64,000 nt of DNA from contig CAVPNL010000014.1 in assembly GCA_963706575.1 (NCBI GenBank), positions 1-64,000 on the forward strand, given 5' to 3'. Of the stretch, positions 1 through 9,731 are shown piece after piece. Position 1 is the stretch's first letter. Each line of letters starts with the position of its first letter. The DNA is from an uncultured delta proteobacterium. GTDB lineage: Bacteria; Desulfobacterota; Desulfobacteria; Desulfobacterales; JAHEIW01. The notes under the pieces are model-generated. The model ran no database searches, was not told the origin of the DNA, and worked only from the letters and a program-made list of their open reading frames with translations. A program made the translations under genes and the position numbers.

Positions 1-428
1 TCAATATCGATTCAAAAACCTGTGCTTTACTCCAACATATCCACACTTTTGAACCCCGAAAAATATTTGTGATACTCATTTTATATCACAGGTGTAGTAA
101 TCCGCTACTTTTGCATTTTTTCAAAGTTTTATATTAATGGTTGGAATCCAAACTTTAGCTGAATTGCAGACTACGGCTATACCTCTAACTTTCTTTTAAA
201 ATTCACCTTCCTTCCGCTAATCTCAGGTTTTTGTATACCTTTAAAAAATTGATTCAGCCACGACATCTCCACGCAGATGAAAGATCATCCAGCCACAATT
301 AATTTAGTCACATTTTTACTCTTTATTATTTTCCCATGTTTGGTAAACTGTTTATTTTGAATACTTCATCAAGGGCTTTGAGAGAATATAGCCGTTTCTG
401 ACCTTAAAACTTGGCGGGGTGATGATCC

Positions 429-1811
429 ATGGAAATTGCAATCGTCGGTGCCGGTGTATTGGGATCCATCTTTGGTAGTCTTTTTTTGGAAAAAGGATTC
501 GACGTGACCCTGATTGAAGTTTTGAAAGAGCGGGTTCGTCTCATCGATAAAGAAGGGTTGTGGCTGCAGTGGCCTGATGGTGAACGAACCCATTCGAGGA
601 TCTCCATTACGTCGAAAGTAGACGAGGTTGGCGTTAAAGACGTGGTGATGATAGCGGTTAAAGGTTACCACACCCGATCGGCCATCGTGAGCGCCATGCC
701 CATGATCGGGGACGATACGATCGTTCTTTCGGTTCAAAACGGCCTCGGGAATTTAGAGGCCATTGCCGAGACCGTAGGGCCGGAACGGGTGATCGGGGGG
801 ATCACGGCCCATTCGGGAATGCCGGTGAGCATGAATGAAGTTCGATACGTAGGGGGGCTCGGCCCCTTACTGGTGATAGGTCCCTATGACGGCGTATCCC
901 GCCCGGGATTTAAGAACATGGTTGAGCAGTTCAAAGCGGCGGGTTTGGACGTGCATACCACTTCCGACATTAACAGCGTTATCTGGAAGAAACTTATCGC
1001 CAATGTCTCCACCAATGTGGTGGCCGCCCTGACCGGTCTGACCGGTGGTATTGCGGTCAAGCATGCGCCCTCGGTCAAAATCATCGAGGCTCTCTCTCAG
1101 GAGTTGAGCCAGGTGGCCCGTGCCAAAGGCATCAATTTCCCTGAGCTGGACGATCCCCTTGATTTTTCTTTAAAGGCCTTTGCCTCTACCAAGGACAACC
1201 GCGTTTCCATGCTTCAGGATGTAGAAGCAGGGCGCCCCACCGAGATTGGCAATTTAAATGAAGTGATCGTAGCCGAAGGGCGACATTTCAACATCCCCAC
1301 ACCTTACAATGCGGCGGTGTCCTGGTTGACGCGAGGCGTAGAGGAGCGAAACCGTCAAAAACGCTATGTAGCTAAATCGAGTAATGAATCCAAAGCCGTT
1401 CGAGATGCAATTAAAAAAGAGGATCTGGAGGAATTGCGCCGGGCTATTGAAGCGTCCCCCCTGGCCCGCTCCCTTTCGATCCAGTTTACGAAATTCGAAG
1501 CCGGTAGCGCCACAGCCCGTTTGCCGGGTACGGAGCAATTGCCTAATTTTTTGGGCTATACCCATACGGGCGCCCTGTTTACGTTGGCAGAGCAAACCAT
1601 GGCGGCGGTTGCCAACTCCCTGGGCCATGTGGGATTGCCGTTAAATTGCGACGTTCAGTTTCTAAATGCAGCGGATCCTGCCAAAGATGTGATCGCTTCT
1701 GCGCGGGTAATCGATACCCAGGGACGGATTGCCCGGGTGGAGGTGGAACTCACCCAGGAAGATCAAACCGTAGCGGAAGTATCTGAGATGGTTTTTTTAC
1801 GAAAGAAATAG
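429..1811 (+). CDS. panE: Ketopantoate reductase (PanE/ApbA family) fused to a C-terminal PaaI-like hotdog thioesterase domain
   Basis: GAGVLG Rossmann motif, AVKGY, SVQNGLG, WKKLIAN and SMLQD..GRPTEI motifs in aa 1-310; C-terminal ~130 aa with NFLGYTHTGALFTLAE and a hotdog-like strand pattern. Confidence 0.85.
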   Translation: MEIAIVGAGVLGSIFGSLFLEKGFDVTLIEVLKERVRLIDKEGLWLQWPDGERTHSRISITSKVDEVGVKDVVMIAVKGYHTRSAIVSAMPMIGDDTIVLSVQNGLGNLEAIAETVGPERVIGGITAHSGMPVSMNEVRYVGGLGPLLVIGPYDGVSRPGFKNMVEQFKAAGLDVHTTSDINSVIWKKLIANVSTNVVAALTGLTGGIAVKHAPSVKIIEALSQELSQVARAKGINFPELDDPLDFSLKAFASTKDNRVSMLQDVEAGRPTEIGNLNEVIVAEGRHFNIPTPYNAAVSWLTRGVEERNRQKRYVAKSSNESKAVRDAIKKEDLEELRRAIEASPLARSLSIQFTKFEAGSATARLPGTEQLPNFLGYTHTGALFTLAEQTMAAVANSLGHVGLPLNCDVQFLNAADPAKDVIASARVIDTQGRIARVEVELTQEDQTVAEVSEMVFLRKK

Positions 1812-1815
1812 TTTC

Positions 1816-2745
1816 ATGATTAAAATAACACTAGAGGGCGAAACACTCAAAGAGCGGTTGCTGGCCAGTGCCAAAGATCGCATATATAAGTTCATGCTGG
1901 CGAAGGGGCTCGTGCGCGGCGCGATTTTGCACGGCACCCGCATGGTCAATGAAATGCGGGCCAACCACCAACTGGGGATCCTTGAAACGCTGGTGCTGGG
2001 CCGCGCCTATCTGGGTGCGGGTTTGATGACGGCCAATTTAAAAGGGACCGATGCCATCAGCTTAAAAATCGATTGCTCCGGGCCGATCAGCGGCCTGACC
2101 GTGGAGGCCAATGCTTTCGGCGAGGTCCGCGGGTTTTTGAAAAACGTTCCGATTCCGATTGACAGACCCATGGCGGATTTTAACCTCTCGCCTTTTTTCG
2201 GGGCCGGTTTTCTATCCGTTATCCGCACGATCGAAGACGCCAAACAACCATTTACCGGTAAAATCGCCCTGGAATACGGCAACATTGCCCAGGATCTTGC
2301 CAACTATTTTCTGAAATCAGAGCAAATCCCCACGGCCTTTAATCTGAGCATCAAATACGATAGGTCCGGTGAAGTTACCGGCGCCGGGGGGCTATTTTTG
2401 CAGGCCATGCCGGGAGCCGATGATGCCCTGGCCGCAGAACTGGAGGAGCTGGTGGTTCAGTTCCCGTCATTAGGTGAAGTTTTTACCGACGGGCAGGAAC
2501 CTGAGGGTTTGATTGAGGCCGTGTTTAAAAAATACAGCCCCCGCTTTCTGGCCAACCAGCGGGTTGAGTTTATGTGTCATTGCAGCCCCGAGCGGCTGCG
2601 CGACGTGTTGATGCTGCTGCCGCTGGATGAGTTGGAGGATATTCGTGATAACGGCCCGTTTCCGCTTGAGATGCGCTGCCATTACTGCAATACCCTGTAT
2701 CATTTTGACAAGGAAGAGATACAAAACATTTATGCCAGGCGATAA
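1816..2745 (+). CDS. hslO: Hsp33 redox-regulated chaperone
   Basis: YFLKSEQIPT, AGGLFLQAMPG and C-terminal zinc motif CHCS...CHYC. Confidence 0.93.
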   Translation: MIKITLEGETLKERLLASAKDRIYKFMLAKGLVRGAILHGTRMVNEMRANHQLGILETLVLGRAYLGAGLMTANLKGTDAISLKIDCSGPISGLTVEANAFGEVRGFLKNVPIPIDRPMADFNLSPFFGAGFLSVIRTIEDAKQPFTGKIALEYGNIAQDLANYFLKSEQIPTAFNLSIKYDRSGEVTGAGGLFLQAMPGADDALAAELEELVVQFPSLGEVFTDGQEPEGLIEAVFKKYSPRFLANQRVEFMCHCSPERLRDVLMLLPLDELEDIRDNGPFPLEMRCHYCNTLYHFDKEEIQNIYARR

Positions 2746-2746
2746 A

Positions 2747-2826
2747 ATAGCGCAGAGAGCATGGCGCATAGCGCATAGCGTTCGAACAAGAAGAAACAAA
2801 TTTTTATTTTTTAACGCTATTGGCTA
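2747..2826. repeat. Heptamer (GCGCATA-like) periodic repeat with short inverted partner
   Basis: atagcgcagagagcatggcgcatagcgcatagcg just after the hslO stop; cgctat at 2815-2820; related copy at 42302-42389. Confidence 0.65.
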
Positions 2827-2883
2827 CATCCCACCAAAGAAGGCACACACCGTTAGCTGGAAGAAAGCCTAACTCGGTTTAAG

Positions 2884-3516
2884 CTATTGTGATTGCGGTC
2901 CCTGCCCCGCCTGCTGCTTTTTGAGCTGGCTGACCATCTGATCGATAGAGACGCCATTGGGCGCCATGGCAATCGGGTTGACTTCGAGCAGTCCCTCCCA
3001 GGCTTGAATGGCGCCATTAAAATCATTGAGGTCATGCAGCATGACAATGCCTTTATTCATGCGTGAAACCTCATGTTTGGGGTCCGCCGCGATGGCCTGA
3101 TCGAAGGCTTTAATGGCCTCTTCGGGCTTACCGCTGCGCCGATACATCACCCCCATGTCGGTCCAGACGTTCGGGTTGCCCGGATCCAGCTCCAGTGATT
3201 TTCGGTAGGCGCTGATGGCTGCTTCATATTGCTTGGAATCAAAATAAGCATTCCCCAGCTCCGTCCAGGCTTTGACGTTCCCCGGCTCTGCCTGGGTCTG
3301 GCGCTCGAGCGCCGCAATCCGATCAGAGTCTGCAGGCGCGGGCGCGGGTGTTCCCATCTGGGCCGGAGCCGATGGGGCCGGTGCTTTGGAGTCGGATTTA
3401 AAAACCGCAAACACGACCCCACCGAAAAATCCCACCGCCAGGGCCAGGAGTGTCACCATATAAAAGGTTTCTTTGCGAACATACTGACCCTGTTCCATTT
3501 TTTGCTTTTTCGCCAT
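2884..3516 (-). CDS. Membrane-anchored TPR protein
   Basis: Likely ATG at 3516 after a G-rich RBS; TM segment, Pro/Ala linker, TPR-like repeats (AWTELGNAY, VWTDMGVMY, SRMNKGIVM). Confidence 0.85.
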   Translation of the reverse strand: MAKKQKMEQGQYVRKETFYMVTLLALAVGFFGGVVFAVFKSDSKAPAPSAPAQMGTPAPAPADSDRIAALERQTQAEPGNVKAWTELGNAYFDSKQYEAAISAYRKSLELDPGNPNVWTDMGVMYRRSGKPEEAIKAFDQAIAADPKHEVSRMNKGIVMLHDLNDFNGAIQAWEGLLEVNPIAMAPNGVSIDQMVSQLKKQQAGQGPQSQ

Positions 3517-3758
3517 ATTCCCCCCTTGGACTGACAATTTCGCATAAATATAATCACCAAAATACAAAAGGTCGAGAGCCCAAAATCATCCAACTAAAAA
3601 AATTTAAGCGCCACCTTCACCTGGCGAAACGGCTGTTGATCAAATTCAGGCGGATTTTGACATATTCTTGAGAATACTTAGATTGTCTCAAGCGTTTGAC
3701 GGGCAACCATGGGCAATGCGCAATCCGCATAGGGTTTGCTGACCGTCACCAAATAGGG

Positions 3759-3790
3759 CTTAATTTTTAAAATTTGAAACGCTCAATTTA
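3759..3790. repeat. Terminal-repeat fragment of the MITE-like family at 38342-38549
   Basis: cttaatttttaaaatttgaaacgctcaattta: 22 bp identical to 38409-38430 and near-identical to the reverse complement of 38344-38370. Confidence 0.7.
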
Positions 3791-3809
3791 AATCGGATCA
3801 AGGGAAAGA

Positions 3810-5966
3810 ATGCATCGATTGAATACAATAGCAGCAGCCTCAATTCATAATTGCCCGGCCAGACGTTTTCACAAACGCTTTCAGGCCGTAGCTGCAATAT
3901 CCGTCATCATTCTATCGCTGATTCCGGGTGTGAGCGCATCGATTTGCGCTGCAGCCGAAGGTGATGCCCGCCACCACCTCCAGGTGGAGTTGTTCCCGGA
4001 AAAGCAAATGCTGCAGGCGGTTGATCAAATTACGATCGAAAAAAGCCCCGGCGAAAAACTGGATTTTAAGCTTTCCCGTCGGGCCGAGCAAATCACTGTG
4101 ACGGTAAACGGCAGGTTTCGCAAATTCGATTTCGGAGATGGGCGGCTGCAGGTGGGTCTGGCTGCCGGTGAAAACAATCACAAAATCCGAATCAGCATTC
4201 GCTATTGGGCAATCTTTGATGATCCTGCCCCCATACGCCCGGAAAATGCCGACAACCCCGGATACGGTGTCAGTGCAACGATTTCCAAACGCGGCTGTTT
4301 TTTACTGGCCGGTTCAGACTGGTATCCGCAATGGGCCGGCGGGCATTCGATTTATACGCTGAAAGTGATTGCACCCAAAGGCATGCTGGCCGTGACAGCC
4401 GGACAATTAGAAGGGCATCAAACGCAAGACGGCAAATCCGTATCCACCTGGGTTGTAGATGATCCCATCAGGGGCCTCAGTTTATCGGCTGGCGCTTATA
4501 TTGTGCGCCAGAAAAAGGTGGCAAACATAACCGCTATGACCTATTTCTTCCCGGAAACCGATCACCTGGCCGGTGCCTACCTGGATGCAACGGTTCGATA
4601 TCTGAAGTTGTACCAGGATCTTTTCGGCCCCTATCCATTTGACAAGTTTGCAGTTGTCGAAAATTTCTTTCCGACCGGATATGGTTTCCCCTCCTATACC
4701 CTGATCGGCGGCAGTGTATTACGCCTGCCGTTTATTATCCACACCAGTCTGGGGCATGAAATCGCCCACTGCTGGTGGGGCAACGGCGTGCGGGTCGATT
4801 ATGACGCTGGCAACTGGAGTGAAGCCTTAACGACCTATGTGGCCGATTACCATTATAAGGAAATAAAATCCGCCCAGGATGCCCGCGGTTATCGTCTGCA
4901 GATTTTGCGAAACTATGCCACACTGGTCAAACCGGATCGGGACTTTGCCCTGAAGCAGTTCCAGAGCCGCTACGATCCTATCACCAAAACGATCGGTTAC
5001 GACAAAGGGGCAATGGTGTTTCACATGCTTCGCAGGCAGGTGGGAGAGGAAGCGTTCTGGGGGGCTCTCAAGGACCTATACCGGGATCGATTGTTCAAAT
5101 CAACGTCCTGGAGCGACATTCAAAAAGCGTTTGAAGCCCGGGGGCAGCAGTCGCTCAAGATTTTTTTCGACCAATGGGTATTTCAGAGAGGCGCTCCCCG
5201 GTTTTACCTGGATGCGGTCCAGGCGAGACGCACGGGCAGTACCTGGAAAATTGAAGGCCGCATCGTCCAGGAAAGCCCGCAATACAGCTTCGATCTGGAT
5301 ATTTTGCTGGAAAGTCAGGGTCGAACCGATTCCAAAATCATCCGGGTATCTGAACGCGAAACCCCTTTTCAGATCACCAGCAGATCCATGCCGCTGAGCC
5401 TCGTGGCCGATCCGGACAGTCAGATCATGCGGCGCCTTTTTCCAATTGAAATACCGCCGGCAATCAACGCAATAAAAAGTTCTTCTGCAGTCCTGGCGGT
5501 GTTATCTGCTGATCTGGAGCCGCAGGTCAAAAGCGCCGCCCGTACGTTGATGCGTTCTCTGGGATTGAAAAATTATGCCTTCGCCGAAGAAAAAAATGTC
5601 AACCGCGAACAGATGCTGGACAGGGATATATTGATGATTGGCTACCCGCAAAATAAAGCCCTTTTTGGCCATCTTCCCGATCAATTCGCCATCGACCCCG
5701 AATCGTTTGTTTTAAATGAAAAGGCCTATAAGCAGCCATCAGATGTGTTTTTTGGCGTATTTGCGCATCCCTTTTCTGAAAACCGAATTGCGGCCCTGTT
5801 TTTCCCGCTGTCATCGCATCAGGCGGAAAACGTGGCCCGTAAGATCACCCATTACGGTAAATACAGTTACCTGGCGTTTGAAAACGGACAAAATCGGGCC
5901 AAAGGATTCTGGCCACTAGAACAGTCGCCCCTTGAACATCGCTGGAAAGAGGCAATGGTGGAATGA
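3810..5966 (+). CDS. Secreted M1-family (gluzincin) aminopeptidase
   Basis: HEIAH-X18-E zinc motif (GHEIAHCWWGN...NWSEAL), GYDKGAMVFHMLR, N-terminal signal-like segment. Confidence 0.9.
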   Translation: MHRLNTIAAASIHNCPARRFHKRFQAVAAISVIILSLIPGVSASICAAAEGDARHHLQVELFPEKQMLQAVDQITIEKSPGEKLDFKLSRRAEQITVTVNGRFRKFDFGDGRLQVGLAAGENNHKIRISIRYWAIFDDPAPIRPENADNPGYGVSATISKRGCFLLAGSDWYPQWAGGHSIYTLKVIAPKGMLAVTAGQLEGHQTQDGKSVSTWVVDDPIRGLSLSAGAYIVRQKKVANITAMTYFFPETDHLAGAYLDATVRYLKLYQDLFGPYPFDKFAVVENFFPTGYGFPSYTLIGGSVLRLPFIIHTSLGHEIAHCWWGNGVRVDYDAGNWSEALTTYVADYHYKEIKSAQDARGYRLQILRNYATLVKPDRDFALKQFQSRYDPITKTIGYDKGAMVFHMLRRQVGEEAFWGALKDLYRDRLFKSTSWSDIQKAFEARGQQSLKIFFDQWVFQRGAPRFYLDAVQARRTGSTWKIEGRIVQESPQYSFDLDILLESQGRTDSKIIRVSERETPFQITSRSMPLSLVADPDSQIMRRLFPIEIPPAINAIKSSSAVLAVLSADLEPQVKSAARTLMRSLGLKNYAFAEEKNVNREQMLDRDILMIGYPQNKALFGHLPDQFAIDPESFVLNEKAYKQPSDVFFGVFAHPFSENRIAALFFPLSSHQAENVARKITHYGKYSYLAFENGQNRAKGFWPLEQSPLEHRWKEAMVE

Positions 5967-6037
5967 TGGTTTTTGGGGACCAAGGATCATGATCTGTCTG
6001 CGGTAGTCGATCGGGGGGACCCTCATGGAGTACAAAT

Positions 6038-6907
6038 GTGATGAAAAAGAAAAAAAGGATTGTCGTTATCGGGCTATGGACAGCCGCGCTGCTCATATCA
6101 GCGTCCGGCTGCTGGGCCCAAAAAGACGGTTATGATCGCCGTATGTTCGACCTGAACCGTGCAAAAGAGTTGCCGATGTCTCAGGCGCTGGCCGATCTCA
6201 AAAAAAATCGAATTGTGCTGGTGGGCGAACATCACAACAACCCACAGCACCATATGGCCCAGCTGGCGGTCATCAGGGCCCTGAACGAAGCCGGCCTCCG
6301 GGTTGCCGTCGGCCTGGAGATGTTCAGAAACGAGAGCCAGTCAGCGCTCGATCAATGGATTTCCGGTGAAATCGACGCTAAACGGTTTAAAAAAATCTAT
6401 TATGACAACTGGAATTTTCCCTGGCAGGCCTATCGCAAAATTTTTGAATATGCCCGAAATCATCAAATCCCCATGATCGGACTGAATGTTCCGCGCGAAA
6501 TCCCCCGGCAGGTATCCCGCAACGGCTTTAAATCGCTTTCGCCGGAACAAAAGGGTAAGATTGCCGAGGTCAGCTGCATCGTGGATCAGCAATATATGAA
6601 CTATATCCGCAAGGCATTCGGCGGTCACAGCCACGGTCAGCTCAATTTCATCTATTTCTGTGAAGCCCAGCTGGTATGGGACAGTGCCATGGCTGTTTAT
6701 ACCCTGGATTATTTAGAAAAGAATCCGGATTCCATTGTGGTAATTCTGACCGGAACCGGCCACGCACAAAAAGGGGCTGTGCCGAGGCAGATCCGGGTAC
6801 GCTCGAATTTTTCCAGCGCCGTTATTTTACCGGAAATACCCGGCAGTATCGATGCGCAAACGATCAGCCATACGGATGCGGATTACATCATGCTGGATAT
6901 GGAATAA
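6038..6907 (+). CDS. ChaN-family (TIKI/EreA-like) exported protein
   Basis: VLVGEHHNNPQHH, VGLEMF, AQLVWDSAMA and GTGH motifs; signal peptide. Confidence 0.85.
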   Translation: MMKKKKRIVVIGLWTAALLISASGCWAQKDGYDRRMFDLNRAKELPMSQALADLKKNRIVLVGEHHNNPQHHMAQLAVIRALNEAGLRVAVGLEMFRNESQSALDQWISGEIDAKRFKKIYYDNWNFPWQAYRKIFEYARNHQIPMIGLNVPREIPRQVSRNGFKSLSPEQKGKIAEVSCIVDQQYMNYIRKAFGGHSHGQLNFIYFCEAQLVWDSAMAVYTLDYLEKNPDSIVVILTGTGHAQKGAVPRQIRVRSNFSSAVILPEIPGSIDAQTISHTDADYIMLDME

Positions 6908-7107
6908 ATGAGCTAAAATTAAAAATGATCTAAAATGCCTAAAATTATGGTTTCGATTGCGCATCGCAGGCGCATGCGCTTGGCAGCGCTCCGACTTTTA
7001 TTCTAAATATGATCGTTCGACCCAGAGGCTCTCGACGGGTAGAATTCCTCAACTTTAGGCATTTTAGATCATTTTAGGCATTTTAGGCACTTCTAACTTT
7101 AGAGCAC
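6905..7107. repeat. Fold-back element of 9-10-mer (TGCCTAAAA-type) repeats with internal micro-insertions
   Basis: Left arm atgagctaaaa..atgatctaaaatgcctaaaa; right arm tttaggcattttagatcattttaggcattttaggca; aligns with 63760-63881. Confidence 0.8.
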
Positions 7108-7217
7108 CTTTGGAATTATTTTTCTCTGCCTTCGAAGATAAACCGATAGTTTTGAGATAACTTATAGTGCGATTGACGCGGTTTGACTCGTTACATACAT
7201 AGCGCCATGGAGAACAC

Positions 7218-7781
7218 ATGAACTACTGCAGCAACTGCGGCGATACGGTAAAGTTGGGAATCCCGCCCGGTGACGACCGCCCTCGCTATTTATGCGAATC
7301 CTGCGGAACCATCCACTACGAAAACCCCAAGGTGGTGGTCGGATGCATACCGGAAATGGATGGAAAAATTTTGCTCTGCCGCCGGGCCATTGAACCTCGC
7401 TCCGACAAATGGACCTTACCGGCAGGCTATCTGGAAAACGGCGAAACCGTCGCGCAGGGTGCGCGTCGCGAAACATTTGAAGAAGCCGGGGCCCGTATTG
7501 AAATCTTAGCCCCTTATGCGCTATTTAATATCTGTTATGTCAACCAGGTCTATCTGATGTTCCGGGCGCGTGTGGTTGACGCCAATATCAAAGCCGGCAA
7601 TGAAAGTAGCGAGGTTCGATTTTTTTCAGAAAGCGACATCCCGTGGGATCAAATCGCCTTCACGGTGATAGAAGAAACGCTGCGGCAATACTTCAAGGAC
7701 CGGCCGGCCGGATTGTTTCCCTTTCACATTGGAAATATTCTACTTAAAACGGAAGTTAATGCAGGGAAGCTTGACGGTTGA
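7218..7781 (+). CDS. NUDIX hydrolase with N-terminal zinc ribbon
   Basis: CSNCG...CESCG plus Nudix box GYLENGETVAQGARRETFEEAG. Confidence 0.93.
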   Translation: MNYCSNCGDTVKLGIPPGDDRPRYLCESCGTIHYENPKVVVGCIPEMDGKILLCRRAIEPRSDKWTLPAGYLENGETVAQGARRETFEEAGARIEILAPYALFNICYVNQVYLMFRARVVDANIKAGNESSEVRFFSESDIPWDQIAFTVIEETLRQYFKDRPAGLFPFHIGNILLKTEVNAGKLDG

Positions 7782-7832
7782 CAGGTATTTATTTATTATT
7801 CGTATTAAATAAATGTTCGGGGGAATTTTATA

Positions 7833-8573
7833 ATGATCTTGCGGCCCATTCGGATACACTGCATTTCTAAGCCAACCCTATTTGCTCTGGCGATGGGTTT
7901 GACGTTTCTGCTGCTTTTCTCCTGCGGCGAAAAAAAGGAACCTGCCACAGACCAGCGCGTTCAGGCGCAATCCGATAGTTTTACGTTTTTTGATCTGGGC
8001 AAAAACTCGAAGCTGTCCAAAAGCATCCGTAGCGATCTGCGTCAACGGCTGGGCCGGGATGCCATTGAAGGCCGTGGTATCATTGATCTGGAAATCAACT
8101 ATTACGGTTTTCTTGAACAATATTTTTCTTCTTTGAATTCTTTAAACCGGGAATTGAATTCTCCAGCGGGAGAAAGAATCGAGCACAACATCGTGAAACT
8201 CATGTTTCGTTATGCCCGCAAAGAAAACCTGCCGTTTGATTATGTCGAATTACTCTTTTCAAATTATTCCCAGCTACCGTTGTTGTTTCGAATCAACTTC
8301 CAAAAAGACGAAGCCAATATTGTTCAGACACTGAAATCCAAATACGGCGACCCCCAGCCAATTGACTGGAAAAATAAAGGCGGTCAATCCATGTACTGGG
8401 ATAAAGATAATGATATTCTTATCGTATCCCTTGTGCCTGATCAATTCGGCAATCCTGAGTATCAAATCAGAATATTTTTTGTTGAAAATATCAAAGCGCT
8501 GCTGGCAACCGAAATCGCAGAGAAAGAAGAACAGAAAAGCCAGAGGGCCAAGTCGGGCAAAACCGCATTCTGA
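7833..8573 (+). CDS. Hypothetical lipoprotein
   Basis: Long ORF with hydrophobic leader and lipobox-like LFSC. Confidence 0.75.
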   Translation: MILRPIRIHCISKPTLFALAMGLTFLLLFSCGEKKEPATDQRVQAQSDSFTFFDLGKNSKLSKSIRSDLRQRLGRDAIEGRGIIDLEINYYGFLEQYFSSLNSLNRELNSPAGERIEHNIVKLMFRYARKENLPFDYVELLFSNYSQLPLLFRINFQKDEANIVQTLKSKYGDPQPIDWKNKGGQSMYWDKDNDILIVSLVPDQFGNPEYQIRIFFVENIKALLATEIAEKEEQKSQRAKSGKTAF

Positions 8574-8602
8574 TTGCGGATCTCGGATTGCGGATTGTGG
8601 AA
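8571..8602. repeat. Heptamer ATTGCGG-type repeat overlapping a stop codon
   Basis: TGAttgcggatctcggattgcggattgtggaa. Confidence 0.7.
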
Positions 8603-8624
8603 TACATCCATCTTTGGATTTAGA

Positions 8625-9731
8625 ATGGAATCAGATCAAAACAAGCCGCAACTGCCGGTAAAATCGGATTCATCGCCGACTCCTGTAAGGGATGGATCAG
8701 AGATTCAGCGTGCTGCGGGATTTTTGCCCCGCAGCGATTCGATCCGGATCGATGAGAAGATCGCCATCGCCCGGCAGGAAGGATTTAATCCCCTGGCAAT
8801 CGAGCTGGCCATCGGATCCTACGAAACGTCCGCAGCGCATAAACTTCTTTTGTTCGGCCTTGCCGTTATCGCCGCCGCCCTGGTGGCTTTTCTTTTCCCA
8901 ATCGATCGATTTTTCAAGCCCCAAACCCGGGATCTCGGGACCATGACCATCGGCGATCCCATCAGTGAAGACAACCAGGCACTCTTGTTGGAAATCAACA
9001 AGCCGTGGATGAAGGTTCTGCTGGAAATGGACCGGTTGTACTTTCGCGAGGGAAAATTGAGCGAAGCCATTCAGGTGGCGGAAACAAATCTCGAGCGGGT
9101 GCCCGAAATAAACTGGGAAACCTGGAAAAATGTTCACTATCGTTACTGGGAATTGCTTTCCGATGCCGGCAGAACACTTTCACTCAAGGCCGCTACCAAA
9201 TCCTATCTGCAAACCATCCCGGAAGATCCGTTTGCCAGTTATTATTCGGCCCAGGCCTTCCTTGCGGCGGTCGAACCCATCCGGTCGCTTAACCGTGATA
9301 CGCGCCAGGCTTACCGGCAGGAAGCCGAAGCGCTCGTCCAGCAAATCGATCGCGCCGGCAATGCGCTCAAGGCCCGGCAAAAGGCGGGGGGAACTGCAGA
9401 AAAAAAACGTTTTTTACAGAGTCTTTATCAAAAACTGCGCCTGCAGCAGGCAAAGTTGTTAGTGCTGATCTGGCGACTGGGGGGCTATAAAGAAGACCGC
9501 CACCCCGACGTGGTTTACCGGGATAAGGCCCTGGATATCCTGAACCGGGATGAACTGGCCGACCTCAAAGAGGCCAAGGCGCTCAAGATATCCATCTATA
9601 ACGATATCCTGGACCGCTGGCACTGGTTTGAGGGCCAGCAGGTCATACAGGGCAGCAGGCAAAATCGCAGATCTATGGCCAAAGAACTCAAGGTGCTGCA
9701 AAAAGAGCTGAAAGACGCAGAGACGCTATGA
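8625..9731 (+). CDS. Single-TM hypothetical protein with all-helical (TPR-like) domain
   Basis: ATG at 8625 (upstream extension is repeat-derived); TM LLLFGLAVIAAALVAFLF; amphipathic helical region follows; overlaps next gene (ATGA). Confidence 0.75.
   Translation: MESDQNKPQLPVKSDSSPTPVRDGSEIQRAAGFLPRSDSIRIDEKIAIARQEGFNPLAIELAIGSYETSAAHKLLLFGLAVIAAALVAFLFPIDRFFKPQTRDLGTMTIGDPISEDNQALLLEINKPWMKVLLEMDRLYFREGKLSEAIQVAETNLERVPEINWETWKNVHYRYWELLSDAGRTLSLKAATKSYLQTIPEDPFASYYSAQAFLAAVEPIRSLNRDTRQAYRQEAEALVQQIDRAGNALKARQKAGGTAEKKRFLQSLYQKLRLQQAKLLVLIWRLGGYKEDRHPDVVYRDKALDILNRDELADLKEAKALKISIYNDILDRWHWFEGQQVIQGSRQNRRSMAKELKVLQKELKDAETL

Noticed and set aside
1..368. AT-rich leading region with a 48-codon minus-strand ORF (MSWLNQFFKG...)
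   Set aside because: Too short, no motif or clear context; cannot be supported.
3660..3750. Hairpin-rich leader before the M1 peptidase as a possible riboswitch
   Set aside because: No match to riboswitch consensus that I can recognise; it adjoins a MITE end and resembles repeat debris.
6905..7107. Periodic repeats as a possible CRISPR array
   Set aside because: Units are 7-10 bp, contiguous and lack unique spacers; no cas genes in the window.
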